A stretch of 64,000 bases of DNA. Origin: an uncultured Chloroflexia bacterium (GTDB lineage: Bacteria; Chloroflexota; Limnocylindria; Limnocylindrales; CSP1-4). The stretch spans positions 512,001 through 576,000 of the forward strand of contig OY970218.1 in NCBI GenBank assembly GCA_963713975.1. The letters are read 5' to 3'. The position numbers and the translations under genes were made by a program. How positions within the stretch are numbered: the stretch's first letter is position 1; every line of letters begins with the position of its first letter. This document shows positions 34,736-45,140 of the stretch, one piece after another. The notes below the pieces were generated by a model. It was not told where the DNA came from and searched no databases. It saw nothing but the letters and a program-made list of their open reading frames with translations.

Positions 34736-36437
34736 CGAGCTCGATCCGCGGCTGGAGACACGGCTGCGCGCAGCCCTCCACGCCGAGGCCGATACGCTCC
34801 CGATGCTCATCCGGGTGGACGACCTCGAGCGGGCACGACGTCGGCGCGGGGGCCGGCGTCTCGCCCTGCCGGCGTCCCTGCTCGGCCTGGCGGCGGTGCT
34901 CGCGATCCTGGTCGCGTACGGCGTCATCGGGCGTGGCGACCCCTCGCCGGTCGGGGGAACGCCGTCGCCGACCGCGACCTCGCGGCCGCTTGCCACATAC
35001 GAGGACCTGGAGATGGTCGCGGGCCCCGCGATCACGGACTTCCTGCGGGGCGAACACCCGGAGGCCGGCCCGGCCGGCGAGACCGTGACTGTCGCCCTCG
35101 GCTCGCTCGGCGACACGCAAGCCATTGCGTACGGCGCGGACTGTGTGGGCGGGTCGCTCGACCTGGTGCTCGAGAAGGCCGGCGCCGAGATCGGGACCAC
35201 ACGCCTCGGTTGCAGCGGAATACCCTACGGGGCCGACACACCGCTCTCGCTGCAGGGCGAGACCATTGCGGGTCCCATCGACGTCACCGTCCGCGCCGAC
35301 GCGAATGTGCGCTGGCAAATCGTGGTCGCTGGCGCCGAGCCCGGGGACATGCCGCTGATTGTGGAGCCGACCCCAACACCGATCACGGACTTCGGACCCC
35401 CCGGCGAGGCGATCGTCGTGTCCACCGAGGGCGGACCGGCGGCCCCCACCGCCATCGTTATCGACGCGTGGGAGTTGTCCTCCCTCGCCGGCGGCGGCTT
35501 CAGCTCAAGCGAGCGGGAGCTGGCCCGGATTCTCGGCGACCAACTTGGCGCGAACGTCACGCTCGCCTATCCCCTAGGGGCGACGCTGAGCCGCGATGGC
35601 AGGCTCGCGTTGAGCGTACTGAACGGCGATGTGCCTGCGACCCTGGTCCTCGACATCGCCGGCAAGAACCGCGCGACGGTATCGGTGGCGGGCTCGGCGG
35701 ACAACCTCGCGTTCGGCCCGGACGGCCTCCTGGCCAGCAGCGGGGCCGACGGCTTCCTGACGTTCGAGATCGCGCCCGGCGATCTCGTGCGCGTGCCGGT
35801 GAGCGGCATCGAGCTGGTGACGACGCGCGGAACGCCGACCTGGCTCGCCGACGGTTCGGGCGTCCTTGCCGTCCGTTACGACGACACGGGCGCTCCCCTG
35901 TTCGGGGTTGTGGCAACGACGGGCTGGCACCAGCTCGGACCCGACCTCCCTGCCCTGTTCCAGGCGAGAGGCACGGAGCGACCCTTCGACCCGACCGGCC
36001 ACGGGCTGGGGCCGGGTTGCGATACTGGGGGTGGTGTGGCCGGCGGTACCTGTGCACTCGTGCGTACCCGCGGCGACGAGCCGCCCGAGCCCTGGGGCAT
36101 TCCCGGCGGTACCGTCCAGGGCCACCCCGTGTGGGCCCGTGATGGACAGCGAGCTTGGCTCATCCAGGCGGAGAACGACGTCGCCATGAAGATCGTGCTG
36201 GCCCGTCGCGACGGGATCGAGAAGACGACCGTCCTGATCAACAATCCAGGGGCCGCCGCGACCGGCGCGCCGACACTCCTCGGGATCCTCGACAGTGATC
36301 CTTCGGAGCCCCTCTTCGTCGTCTTTGACGGAGGCACGATGACCTGGCTCGCCGGGATCGGCGGCTCGATCGCGCTCCCCGAGAACGCGGCGTTCGCCGG
36401 CTGGGCGGGAGGTGCCGGGACATACCCCGCCCCGTGA
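34728..36437 (+). CDS. Putative anti-sigma factor (single TM, large extracellular domain)
   Basis: Overlaps the sigma stop; LETRLRAAL, RRRRR, TM; beta-propeller-like C-terminus. Confidence 0.7.
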   Translation: MADELDPRLETRLRAALHAEADTLPMLIRVDDLERARRRRGGRRLALPASLLGLAAVLAILVAYGVIGRGDPSPVGGTPSPTATSRPLATYEDLEMVAGPAITDFLRGEHPEAGPAGETVTVALGSLGDTQAIAYGADCVGGSLDLVLEKAGAEIGTTRLGCSGIPYGADTPLSLQGETIAGPIDVTVRADANVRWQIVVAGAEPGDMPLIVEPTPTPITDFGPPGEAIVVSTEGGPAAPTAIVIDAWELSSLAGGGFSSSERELARILGDQLGANVTLAYPLGATLSRDGRLALSVLNGDVPATLVLDIAGKNRATVSVAGSADNLAFGPDGLLASSGADGFLTFEIAPGDLVRVPVSGIELVTTRGTPTWLADGSGVLAVRYDDTGAPLFGVVATTGWHQLGPDLPALFQARGTERPFDPTGHGLGPGCDTGGGVAGGTCALVRTRGDEPPEPWGIPGGTVQGHPVWARDGQRAWLIQAENDVAMKIVLARRDGIEKTTVLINNPGAAATGAPTLLGILDSDPSEPLFVVFDGGTMTWLAGIGGSIALPENAAFAGWAGGAGTYPAP

Positions 36438-36477
36438 CCCGCGAGAGGGCCCGTGCAGCACGCTGCCGCTCCGGCGT

Positions 36478-36520
36478 CGGGCCAGTGCACAGCTGGGAGC
36501 GCGTCTGTTTGGCATGCAGG
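36478..36520 (+). pseudogene. Decayed 5' half of tRNA-Ala(GGC) (attL-like)
   Basis: 33/43 ungapped identity to 55079-55121 by manual alignment; keeps the D-loop AGCTGGGAG and a GGC anticodon loop. Confidence 0.75.
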
Positions 36521-36581
36521 CGCCGATGAGCGCAGTGGCCAACCGCTCCCCGATCACGATCGAGTCGAGCGTAGCCGCCCA

Positions 36582-36630
36582 AGTTATCGGCTGAGGCGCA
36601 GAGACGATAACGGCCTGAGAGCCGATAACT
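36582..36630. repeat. Three CGATAAC-core repeats (integrase arm-site-like)
   Basis: AGTTATCGGCT (inverted), CGCAGAGACGATAAC, AGCCGATAACT. Confidence 0.6.
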
Positions 36631-37017
36631 GTGGACGCTGCCGTCGGCCCCTGGCACTGAGGACCCGTCTTACGAGCGGCGGAGGCGGCACACGGTGCGT
36701 CCCCTGACACCTGCGGTGACCGGCTCCGGGCGTTCTATGGTGGGGACCTGGGCGCCGATGAGATCGGCAGCATACCCAAGCAGCTACTGAGCGTTATGGC
36801 CAGCCGCTCCCTGAGCACGATCGGGGCTGCCCACAGACGATCGCCGAGCCGGAAGGCGCCGGGCCTCGCTTGGAGCATGGCGCCCGCTACAGGGGGGTCA
36901 GGCACGGCGTCGAGGAGCATGCCGGATGTGGGCGCCGGACGGGCTTGGGACGCCAGCCGGTTTGACCTCGATCCCGAGCAATGGCGAGCGCGTGCCTGAC
37001 CCTAGGCCAGGCGCCGC

Positions 37018-37782
37018 CTACGAGCGCGAGCGGCCTTCAGCGGCTCCGGGGCCCCGCCGGTAGACGCGCAGCTCAATCACGTCGGGGACATGCCACTCGA
37101 GGGAATAGAGGACCCGCTGGCCCGCGCCGTCCACGTCAACCTGCTGGAGGTGCTGGAGCAGCGTGCCGGGTGTCACCTTCAGCACGGCCGCGAGATCAGG
37201 ATCGGCGCTCGCAGGGGCAATGATCGCTTCGCCGTGCTGAACCGGATGGCCGTTCGCTGCGAGCAGAGCGTAGATCGAGCCGCCCAGCGCCGCTCGGTCA
37301 CGGTCCGAATCGACGATATCGGCGGGCAGATAGTCGATGGAGTACACGGCCGGCCGATTGTCCGCGGTCCTGACACGTCGCAGCTCCACCACGGGGCGGC
37401 CGGGTTTCAGGCGAAGCCACTCGGCTAACTCATCGGAGGCCTGGATCGTGGTGATCCCGAGGATGGTGCATCCGGTCCGCATGCCGGTCGATTCGAGATA
37501 GGAGGTGTAGGAGAAGTTCGTGTCAAGCGAGTTTCGCAGCAGCGGACGGGCGGTGACGTATGTCCCGGAACCCTGTCGCCGGGCAAGATAACCCTCCTCA
37601 ACAAGTCCGCGAACGGCCTCGCGGACCGTTGCGCGGCTGACCGCGAACACCCCGGCCAGGGCATCCTCGTTGGGGAGCTTGGACTCCGGCGCGTAGGTGC
37701 CGGTGAGGACTGCCTGGCGGAGGCCGTCGCGGACGACGTCCGCAAGCAGCGGGCGAGCCAGGCGGGCGACGCGGGTCGTCAC
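37018..37782 (-). CDS. GntR/HutC family regulator with UTRA domain
   Basis: KLPNEDALA..FAVSRATVREAV..L...G..RRQGSGTYV plus UTRA domain. Confidence 0.92.
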   Translation of the reverse strand: MTTRVARLARPLLADVVRDGLRQAVLTGTYAPESKLPNEDALAGVFAVSRATVREAVRGLVEEGYLARRQGSGTYVTARPLLRNSLDTNFSYTSYLESTGMRTGCTILGITTIQASDELAEWLRLKPGRPVVELRRVRTADNRPAVYSIDYLPADIVDSDRDRAALGGSIYALLAANGHPVQHGEAIIAPASADPDLAAVLKVTPGTLLQHLQQVDVDGAGQRVLYSLEWHVPDVIELRVYRRGPGAAEGRSRS

Positions 37783-37932
37783 TGCGGCGGACCGCCTTCG
37801 CCACCGGCGCCCGGACGGGCCCTCGATGCGATCCTCCAATTGGCCCGGACCAATACTCCTCCTCAGGCCATGCCTACGCTCGATCGCCGCCTACCCTTGG
37901 GGTGCGCCGCCCGGCCGCTCAGGCGCCGCCGC

Positions 37933-38637
37933 TCATCGACCCTCCCCGATCGCCGCGCTCGTCAGGGCGAGCGCGCAGTCCACCTGCTCGCGGACCGACG
38001 GTCCGGCCGGAAGGCGACCGTCAAAGATGGCGCCGCCGATAGTGTAGGCCCACGCCCCAGCGTCGGCGAGGACGTTGATCCGCTCTGCGGAGTCGACGCT
38101 GCCGGCCGCGATGATCGGTCCCGAGGCGGCGCTCACGACCGCCCGGACGAGGGCGGGAACGTCTCCGTTCCAGCGGTAGGCGAGCAGGTCAAGCCCGTCG
38201 ACACCATCACGCGCGGTGAGATCGCGAGCGCTCGACACGACTTCCGCGAGAGATCCCTCGAGGATGCTCGGATGCCCCACGACCCGGCCGGGGAACGGGC
38301 AATAGCGCGGCCTGCCAGCCGTGCCGGGAGGCCCGACGCGGTCGAGGATCGCGAGCGCCTCGTCGGCGTGGGTGCCTCCGACCAGCCAGTCCACGCCGAT
38401 CTCCAGGGCCGCTTCGATCGAGTGGATCTCGTCCTCGGCCCGCTCCGAGACGACCTCGAGGAAGACCTCGCGACCGTCCGCCCGCATGGTCGTCGCGAGA
38501 TCGCGCAGCCGCGCCGGCGGCAGGCCGATGTCCTTGAAGCCGACGTACTCCAGGCTGGAGTCGCGCAGCGTCTCGTAGACGGCCGCAGCGTCCGGGACGG
38601 TCGCGTCGTTGCGGGTGAGCATGAATATGAACTTCAT
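37933..38637 (-). CDS. Uncharacterised phosphate-binding TIM-barrel protein
   Basis: FIFMLT.ND, VGFKDIG, FLEVVS, DLLAYR, AAGSVDS, YTIGGA. Confidence 0.65.
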   Translation of the reverse strand: MKFIFMLTRNDATVPDAAAVYETLRDSSLEYVGFKDIGLPPARLRDLATTMRADGREVFLEVVSERAEDEIHSIEAALEIGVDWLVGGTHADEALAILDRVGPPGTAGRPRYCPFPGRVVGHPSILEGSLAEVVSSARDLTARDGVDGLDLLAYRWNGDVPALVRAVVSAASGPIIAAGSVDSAERINVLADAGAWAYTIGGAIFDGRLPAGPSVREQVDCALALTSAAIGEGR

Positions 38638-38648
38638 CGGGGCATCTC

Positions 38649-39488
38649 CTATGGGAGCCGGATAGGAGCGCCGCCGCCGGCAGGGAGGACGTCGGCGACG
38701 CCGTCGAGCACGAAATCGGGAATGACCGGCGAGCCCTCGAGATCCTCCGGAGTCGTGGCGCCGGTCAGGACGAGGGCGGACGCCATGCCCGCCTCACGGG
38801 CCATCCGCACGTCCGTCAGCAGCCGGTCGCCAACGAGGATGGTGTCGTCTGCAGGAAGGGCGAGACGGTCGAGGAGCGCGGCGGACATGTGCGGGGAGGG
38901 CTTGCCCACGACCGCCTCGGCGAGGGCGCCGGTGCACGCCTCGATGGCCGCCAGCATAGCCGCGCAGTCCGGAAGGTCGCCGGTAGGGGTCGGGCAGAAC
39001 GGGTCGGGGTTCGTGGCCACGATCCGAGCCCCCGCCCTGACGGCACGGAACGCGGCGACCAGCTTGGCGTAGTCGAAGGTCCGGTCCCAGGACACGACGA
39101 CGACATCGGCGGTCGTCGGGTCGTCGGTCGCCGGGTTCAGGATCTCGAAGCCGGCGGATCGCAGGAGGTCCGCCACCACGGGCTCGCTGATCGGGAGGAT
39201 GCGGGCGCCGGCCGCCCTACTGGCGAGGTACCGCAGCAGGGCGTCCGTGGACGAGACTACCTCGGACGCCGTGGCGGGAATCCCGAGGTCCGTCAACTTT
39301 GCGGCATAGGCCCCCGGCAGGTCCAGTGGCTTGTTGGTGAGGAACGCCACGCGCGCCCCGGCCGCGCGGATCGAGGCCACGGTCTCGGCCGCACGCGGCA
39401 GCAGGCTCTCGCCCAGGTAGAGCGTTCCATCAAGATCGAAGACGTAGCCGCCGTAGATCCGGTCGGGGCGGCCATCCGGACGCCTCAC
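38649..39488 (-). CDS. HAD-IIA (NagD/AraL-like) sugar-phosphate phosphatase
   Basis: FDLDGTLY, LTN, ATNPD, VGKPS, GDRLLTD; GTG overlaps the upstream TGA. Confidence 0.9.
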   Translation of the reverse strand: MRRPDGRPDRIYGGYVFDLDGTLYLGESLLPRAAETVASIRAAGARVAFLTNKPLDLPGAYAAKLTDLGIPATASEVVSSTDALLRYLASRAAGARILPISEPVVADLLRSAGFEILNPATDDPTTADVVVVSWDRTFDYAKLVAAFRAVRAGARIVATNPDPFCPTPTGDLPDCAAMLAAIEACTGALAEAVVGKPSPHMSAALLDRLALPADDTILVGDRLLTDVRMAREAGMASALVLTGATTPEDLEGSPVIPDFVLDGVADVLPAGGGAPIRLP

Positions 39489-40900
39489 CGGTTCGGCCCC
39501 AGGATCCCGGAGCGGTCCAGCAGGCGATCGACAGTGGAGTCGTCCCAGTCGCTGGCAAAGAAGCGCAGGTCGGCCACGGTGAACCGGTCCCGCATGAACG
39601 GCAGGCTGCGAAGGGCCCATCGGACGATCTCGGGCGCGGCGGGCGGGTCGAGCTCCTCGATCGTCGCCGGCGCTCCCGCGGCCGAGAGCCCGGTCGCCAG
39701 GGTCTCGGGCGGCGCGACCAGCTTCGTGATCGCGTCCCGATGGCGCTCCCAGTCGGCTGCGAACGCCGCGACCGTTGGCCGCGCCGCGTGCCAGCGAGCC
39801 AGCTTCGCCTCGACGTCGCGCCAGCACTCGTCGCCCATCCGCCCGCTTGGGTCGACCGGCTCGAAGGCGGCGCGCACCCGGCGCTCGAGGACAGCCGGCT
39901 CCGGGAAGGCGCTATCGGCGGTGAGGCGGCCGGGATCGAGGTGGGCGAGGGTGTCTGCCCAGACGGTCGCGCCAAGGACAGCCGCGACGCCGACCTGGGC
40001 GCCGTGGAACGCGAGTGGCCGTCCACTGGCGGCAGCCGTCATGTCCAGCATGTGGCTGAGGACGTGCTCGGTCCCGGACAGCGGCGAGGTGCGCCCGGCG
40101 ACGCCCATCGCGATTCCGGTCAGCGTCATTCGCGAGCCAAGCTCGGCCAGCATCGCGGGGTCGCCGGCGCGGACGCGCCCCGCATCTCGGAGCAGATCCT
40201 CCCCGCCATCACGGAACAGCGCGACGACCGCCGGATCGTAGCTGTCGTCAAGCCCGACGGCGCCCGCGAGATACCAGTCCGCCGGGGCCGTGAACATCGA
40301 GCACAGCTCGCCGAACCCGGCGGCAGTCATCTCCGGCGGGGTGTCCCGGAGGACCTCCAGGTCGACGATCAGGGCGTCGGGCCAGCGTGAAGGCACCGTC
40401 CGCTTCACCCCGGACCGCAGCAGCACCGCCATGTCGTCGGAGAAGGCGTTCACGGACACGGCGGTCTGGACCACCACGAACGGAATGCCCCCGGCGCGCA
40501 TCGATGCGTCCTTCGCCACGTCCGTGATCGTGCCGCTGCCGACCGCAACCACGCAGCCCGCCCCGACCAGCGCGGCATCCGCCTGTGCCAGGGCGTCGGC
40601 GTCGGCGTGGAGCTCGTCAGCGTGCGCGCGGATGACGGCGAGGCGGGTGGGGAACCGGGTCTCCAGCGTCGCCAGGATGCCCGCCTTGAGGTCCGCGCCG
40701 GCCCGGGTCATCGCCGTCTCGTCGACGATCACCACGACGTCGCCGTCACGGCAGAGGTCCGCCACGTCGTCGGGCAGCGCCTCGATCGTGTTCGGTCCGA
40801 TCCGGATGCGGTCCATGCCAATGGGGCGACGACGGGCAGCATCGCCCTTCGCAAGGCGGCGGCGCAGCCCAGGGAGGTCGGTCGGGTCGGCAGGGAGCAT
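39485..40900 (-). CDS. egsA: sn-glycerol-1-phosphate dehydrogenase (AraM/EgsA family)
   Basis: AVGSGTITDVAK, TAVSVNAF, AGFGE, SGTEHVLSHMLDM, HGAQVG. Confidence 0.8.
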   Translation of the reverse strand: MLPADPTDLPGLRRRLAKGDAARRRPIGMDRIRIGPNTIEALPDDVADLCRDGDVVVIVDETAMTRAGADLKAGILATLETRFPTRLAVIRAHADELHADADALAQADAALVGAGCVVAVGSGTITDVAKDASMRAGGIPFVVVQTAVSVNAFSDDMAVLLRSGVKRTVPSRWPDALIVDLEVLRDTPPEMTAAGFGELCSMFTAPADWYLAGAVGLDDSYDPAVVALFRDGGEDLLRDAGRVRAGDPAMLAELGSRMTLTGIAMGVAGRTSPLSGTEHVLSHMLDMTAAASGRPLAFHGAQVGVAAVLGATVWADTLAHLDPGRLTADSAFPEPAVLERRVRAAFEPVDPSGRMGDECWRDVEAKLARWHAARPTVAAFAADWERHRDAITKLVAPPETLATGLSAAGAPATIEELDPPAAPEIVRWALRSLPFMRDRFTVADLRFFASDWDDSTVDRLLDRSGILGPNR

Positions 40901-40984
40901 CTGGGTGCGTGGCCTCCGCGGCTGTGCTTGGTCATCAGTCGTCCGATGACTTGACTCTAGGGCCGTTTGCCCCGTGATGTCAAC

Positions 40985-41280
40985 GGAGGTCGAGCCCAAT
41001 CGATCCAGGAAACGAGATCCAGCGTTCGCGCGGGATCGATCGGCTCCCCATCGCGAGGAGCGCCCGGCCGCGGGCCACGACCTCGGACGGGCCGCTCCTT
41101 CGTTGGAGAACCCGGAGTTGGTGGCGGAGGACCAAGGATCTTGAGGTCCTTGGCGCCGTCATCGCGGCCGCCGATCCCGAGGCCAAAAGCCAGCACCCGA
41201 ACTATCAAACCGAGGATGAACAGCATCCGGGCATCCTGCGGTGTGGGATGACCGTGAATCGGGGTTTCGAACCCCACGGG
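40985..41280 (-). pseudogene. Frameshifted N-terminal relic of an IS integrase-core transposase
   Basis: KDLKIL / frameshift / VLRHQLRVLQRR...RALLA...IPRERW, then truncated; upstream CCCGTGGGGTTCGAAA is IS-end-like. Confidence 0.65.
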
Positions 41281-41370
41281 CATACGCCACGGGCTTGCGG
41301 CTGCACTCCCGCAGCAGGTGGTTGTTCCTGCCTGGCGACCAGGGCCAACCGCATCAGAGGGTCAACGTCA

Positions 41371-41412
41371 TCGCATTGCTACGTGAGCATGATGTAGCAT
41401 GCAGCAATGCTA
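41371..41412. promoter_or_regulatory. Island operator, copy 1
   Basis: TCGCATTGCTAC-N18-GCAGCAATGCTA. Confidence 0.75.
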
Positions 41413-41514
41413 CGCTCAGGTCCCTGGCGTGACGCACGCACCCCAATGAGCGAAACTGCTTGCTCCTCCCGGAGCGCCTGGCCATCATCCAACACGCCTA
41501 GGAGGGCTTGATCC

Positions 41515-42315
41515 GTGATGCATTCGTGGATTCGGCCGGGCCGCCCGGTGACCGTGGCACATCGGGGTCACAGCGTGCAGTTCCCCGAAAACACCATGCC
41601 ATCGTTCCGGGCTGCGATAGAGCGCGGTGCCGAGATGATCGAGACCGACGCGCAGCTCAGCCGCGATGGCCAACTGGTCATCATGCATGACAACACGATC
41701 GACAGGACGACGAACGGTCACGGGCGGGCTGTCGACTTGACCTGGGACGAACTGTCCCGACTCGACGCCGGAAGCTGGTACGGGCCCGAGTTCACGGGCC
41801 TACGGATTCCGCGGGTCACTGAGGTCATCGAGCTTGCCCGATCGAGCAGCATCGGCCTCTGTCTCGAGGCCAAGGTGGCCACTACCGCCGAGGCAACAAC
41901 GATTGCGGTCGCCCTCGCGAACCTGATCGTCGCCAGCGACGCGACATCGTGGGCGTTCGTGTCCGGTTTCGACCACGCCTCCATGATGGCGGCTCGGGCC
42001 GTCAATCCGTCACTCTTGCTGGCCCCTGAGCGCTGGCCGGAGCATGGTCCCCAGGATCCCAAGGAGACGTTGCGTCAGGCGCTGGCACTCGGTGCGCCCG
42101 TCCTCCAGCACCGCTGGGAATTGATCACGCCAATTCTGGTCGATACCCTCCACGAGGCCGGGGTCGGCATCTGGGCATGGACGACCAACGACATCGGCGG
42201 TGTTCAGGTCTCGGTGGCGCTCGGAGTGGATGGAATCATGGGTGACGACGTAGACGTGCTCAACACTGGACGATCCACGGCGCAGCCGTGGATCCGTCCC
42301 GAGGTCGAGCGGTGA
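41515..42315 (+). CDS. Glycerophosphodiester phosphodiesterase
   Basis: AHRG, PENT, IETD, MHD..DRTT, EAK, WTTN, GIMGD. Confidence 0.93.
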   Translation: MMHSWIRPGRPVTVAHRGHSVQFPENTMPSFRAAIERGAEMIETDAQLSRDGQLVIMHDNTIDRTTNGHGRAVDLTWDELSRLDAGSWYGPEFTGLRIPRVTEVIELARSSSIGLCLEAKVATTAEATTIAVALANLIVASDATSWAFVSGFDHASMMAARAVNPSLLLAPERWPEHGPQDPKETLRQALALGAPVLQHRWELITPILVDTLHEAGVGIWAWTTNDIGGVQVSVALGVDGIMGDDVDVLNTGRSTAQPWIRPEVER

Positions 42316-42343
42316 GGGCCGGAGTCACTGAGGTGGGTACGCG

Positions 42344-43399
42344 ATGGCCGTCCTAGAGATCGTCGGCCTCGTCAAGAGGTACGAGGGGCAACTCGCGGTC
42401 GATCACCTGAACCTCAGCGTGAAACAAGGCGAGTTCGTGACCCTGCTGGGCCCATCCGGGTGCGGCAAGACCACGACGCTCCGGGCGATCGCCGGACTCG
42501 TTGACATTGACGGCGGCGAGATCCGCTTCGATGGACGCCTCATGAATGACGTCCCACCCCACAAGCGATCCACGGCAATGGTGTTCCAGTCATACGCGCT
42601 CTTCCCACATATGACGATTGCAGAGAACATCTCGTTCGGGCTGCGGATGCGCAAGGTGCCCAACCCGGAACGGCAGACGCGGGTGGCCGATGCCATGGCG
42701 ATGGTCGGGCTGGAAGGCCTCGCCGGCCGCAAGCCGACAGAGCTGTCGGGGGGCCAGCAGCAGCGCGTCGCCCTCGCCCGCGCCATCGTGACGCGACCCG
42801 ACATCCTCCTCTTCGACGAGCCGCTGTCCAACCTTGACGCGAAGTTGCGCGAGCGGCTCCGCATCGAGATCCGGGAACTGCAACGGAGTCTCGGCATCAC
42901 CACGATCTACGTCACGCATGACCAGGCTGAGGCGCTCGTCATGTCGGACCGGATCGTGGTCATGAACAAGGGGCGCATCGACCAGATGGGCAACCCGCTC
43001 GAGGTCTATCGCCATCCGGCCACGCCGTTCACCGCGGAGTTCATCGGCCAGGCGAACGTGCTTGCTGCCACGATCGACTCGCAGGAGCCGGACGGAACGA
43101 GGTGCACGTGCTCGGTCGGGACCCTGCTCTCCAGCGCACGACCAGAGCCCGGCGAGCGGGACGTCCGCCTCGCCTGGAGGCCGGAGGACGTGGTCCCGTT
43201 CCGCGACGGGGACCCCAACCGCATCGCGGCGACAGTCACCAGCGTCATCTACATGGGAAATCTGACCGTGGTCGTGGTCAGCGTTGACGGGACGGCCCTG
43301 CGGGTTGAGCGACCGGGTTCCGTGGACTGGGCCGTCGGCGACGAGATCGCCCTGTCCGTGGCGCCCGACAAGATCGAGATCCTCCGTGACCTCGGCTGA
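42344..43399 (+). CDS. ABC transporter ATP-binding protein (PotA-like)
   Basis: GPSGCGKTT, LSGGQQQRV, LLFDEP, VTHDQ, TOBE domain. Confidence 0.95.
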   Translation: MAVLEIVGLVKRYEGQLAVDHLNLSVKQGEFVTLLGPSGCGKTTTLRAIAGLVDIDGGEIRFDGRLMNDVPPHKRSTAMVFQSYALFPHMTIAENISFGLRMRKVPNPERQTRVADAMAMVGLEGLAGRKPTELSGGQQQRVALARAIVTRPDILLFDEPLSNLDAKLRERLRIEIRELQRSLGITTIYVTHDQAEALVMSDRIVVMNKGRIDQMGNPLEVYRHPATPFTAEFIGQANVLAATIDSQEPDGTRCTCSVGTLLSSARPEPGERDVRLAWRPEDVVPFRDGDPNRIAATVTSVIYMGNLTVVVVSVDGTALRVERPGSVDWAVGDEIALSVAPDKIEILRDLG

Positions 43400-43419
43400 G
43401 GCAGTCGAATGGCTGAACC

Positions 43420-44277
43420 GTGAACCCGCGTAGCCATCGCCTGCTAATCATCGCCCTGATGCTTCCGGCCGTCGGGTTCGTGGCGCTGTTCCTGGTCGCC
43501 GTCATGATCATGACCGTGATGCAGAGCTTCGGCTTCTTCAGCTTCACGGGCTCCGAGGACATCGGCTTCGCGAGCTGGTCCGCGGTGCTTGCCGACGAGA
43601 CCACCTGGGACGCGCTCTTCTACTCGGCGAAGATCGCGCTCGTCAGCGCCTTCGCCTCGCTCCTCGTCGCCTACCCGATCGCGCTCTACATGCGGCGCTT
43701 GTTCGTTGGCAAGGGAATGCTGAACTCACTGATCCGGGTGCCGCTGTTCGTGCCCGCTCTGGTCGCGGCGTTCCTAATCCTCAACGTCGCGTCCTATCAC
43801 GGGATCCTTAACGAGGTGCTGGTGCGGCTCGGCGTCATCTCCGAGCCCCTGCGGCTCACCCACGATGACTGGGGCCTCGGCGTCGTCGGGATCCAGGTCT
43901 GGAAGAACGTGCCCTTCCTCGCACTCATCCTGACCGCTGTCCTGGCGAACATCCCGGCGGACCTTGAAGCCGCTGCCCAGAACCTCGGGGCCGGCCCGTG
44001 GCAGCGGTTCCTCCACGTCCTGCTGCCCCTCTCGATCACAGGCGTCCAGATCGGTGTCACGCTCGTCTTCATCGGCGTGTTCGGCGACTACGCGATCAAC
44101 TCGATCGCCGGTCCGCTGTACCCGCCGTCGATGTCGATCCGGATGTTCACGGTCGGCCAGAAGTTCGGCGAGTGGGGTCAGGCCGCCGGCCTTGGGATCA
44201 TGCTCATGGTCGGACTGTTGATCGCTGCATGGGGCTTCTCGATGCTGGCCAAACTGACAGTGAAGGTGACGCGATGA
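43420..44277 (+). CDS. ABC transporter permease
   Basis: EAAAQNLGA loop; about six TM. Confidence 0.92.
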   Translation: MNPRSHRLLIIALMLPAVGFVALFLVAVMIMTVMQSFGFFSFTGSEDIGFASWSAVLADETTWDALFYSAKIALVSAFASLLVAYPIALYMRRLFVGKGMLNSLIRVPLFVPALVAAFLILNVASYHGILNEVLVRLGVISEPLRLTHDDWGLGVVGIQVWKNVPFLALILTAVLANIPADLEAAAQNLGAGPWQRFLHVLLPLSITGVQIGVTLVFIGVFGDYAINSIAGPLYPPSMSIRMFTVGQKFGEWGQAAGLGIMLMVGLLIAAWGFSMLAKLTVKVTR

Positions 44278-45140
44278 CGTCTCAGGTCCCGATGCGGCGG
44301 CCCCTCGCGGAGCGACTCGGCGGGATCGCGCGCACGCATGCCGTGCCGACTGTCCTGATCATCATCGCGCTCGTCCTTGTCGGCGTGCCGATCCTGATGG
44401 CCGTCGCCTGGTCGCTCGTGGACCCCAATACCGGGTGGTCATATCCCGACCTGCTGCCACCGTCGATCTCGCTGTACCAGTGGGACTACGTGTTCCGCTA
44501 CACCGAGATCGTGCCGGCCATCATCACGAGCTACGCCCTCGCCGCGGTCACGACCGTCCTCTGCTTCATCCTCTCATTGCCCATGGCGTATGCCATGGGC
44601 CGCTGGCAGTTCCGAGGCAAGGAGGCGGTCCGGCTCCTGATCCTGCTGCCGCTGGTGATCCCGGGCATGGTCGTGGCCCTGTTCCTGAGCCGCGTGTTCA
44701 TCGTCCTCGGGCTCGGCCAGACCTTCCACGGCCTCGCGATCGCCCATACCCTCCTGGCGATCCCGTTCATGGCACGCCTCCTGTCGACGAGCTTTGAGGC
44801 CATCCCCAAGAACGTGTCCGATGCCGCGAGCAACCTCGGCGCCTCGGAGTGGGCCAAGCTCCGATGGATCTACCTTCCGCTCGTGCGACCGGGGATCTTT
44901 GCCGGCGCCATCTTCTGCTTCATCGCCAGTCTGGAAGAGTTCTCGTTGACATACGTCATCGGGACACCCGACTACCAGACGATTCCGACAATCCTGTTCT
45001 CGTTCCTGGGTCTGCGGTTCGTACGCACGCAGGCCTCAGTCGTCTCCCTCGTGCTGCTGATCCCCAGTCTCGTCCTGCTGTACCTCGCTGACCGGTATCT
45101 GCAGCGCGACTACCTGTCCGCAGGCTTCAGCAAGCTCTGA
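44274..45140 (+). CDS. ABC transporter permease
   Basis: DAASNLGA loop; ATGA overlap with upstream permease. Confidence 0.92.
   Translation: MTSQVPMRRPLAERLGGIARTHAVPTVLIIIALVLVGVPILMAVAWSLVDPNTGWSYPDLLPPSISLYQWDYVFRYTEIVPAIITSYALAAVTTVLCFILSLPMAYAMGRWQFRGKEAVRLLILLPLVIPGMVVALFLSRVFIVLGLGQTFHGLAIAHTLLAIPFMARLLSTSFEAIPKNVSDAASNLGASEWAKLRWIYLPLVRPGIFAGAIFCFIASLEEFSLTYVIGTPDYQTIPTILFSFLGLRFVRTQASVVSLVLLIPSLVLLYLADRYLQRDYLSAGFSKL

Noticed and set aside
36630-37017. Integrase remnant at the island's left end
   Set aside because: Only a weak RLRAFY resemblance; no tyrosine-recombinase catalytic motifs
39485-40900. Archaeal-type ether lipid biosynthesis via G1PDH
   Set aside because: No GGGP or DGGGP synthase in the window; the context (importer, hydrolases, kinase) is catabolic
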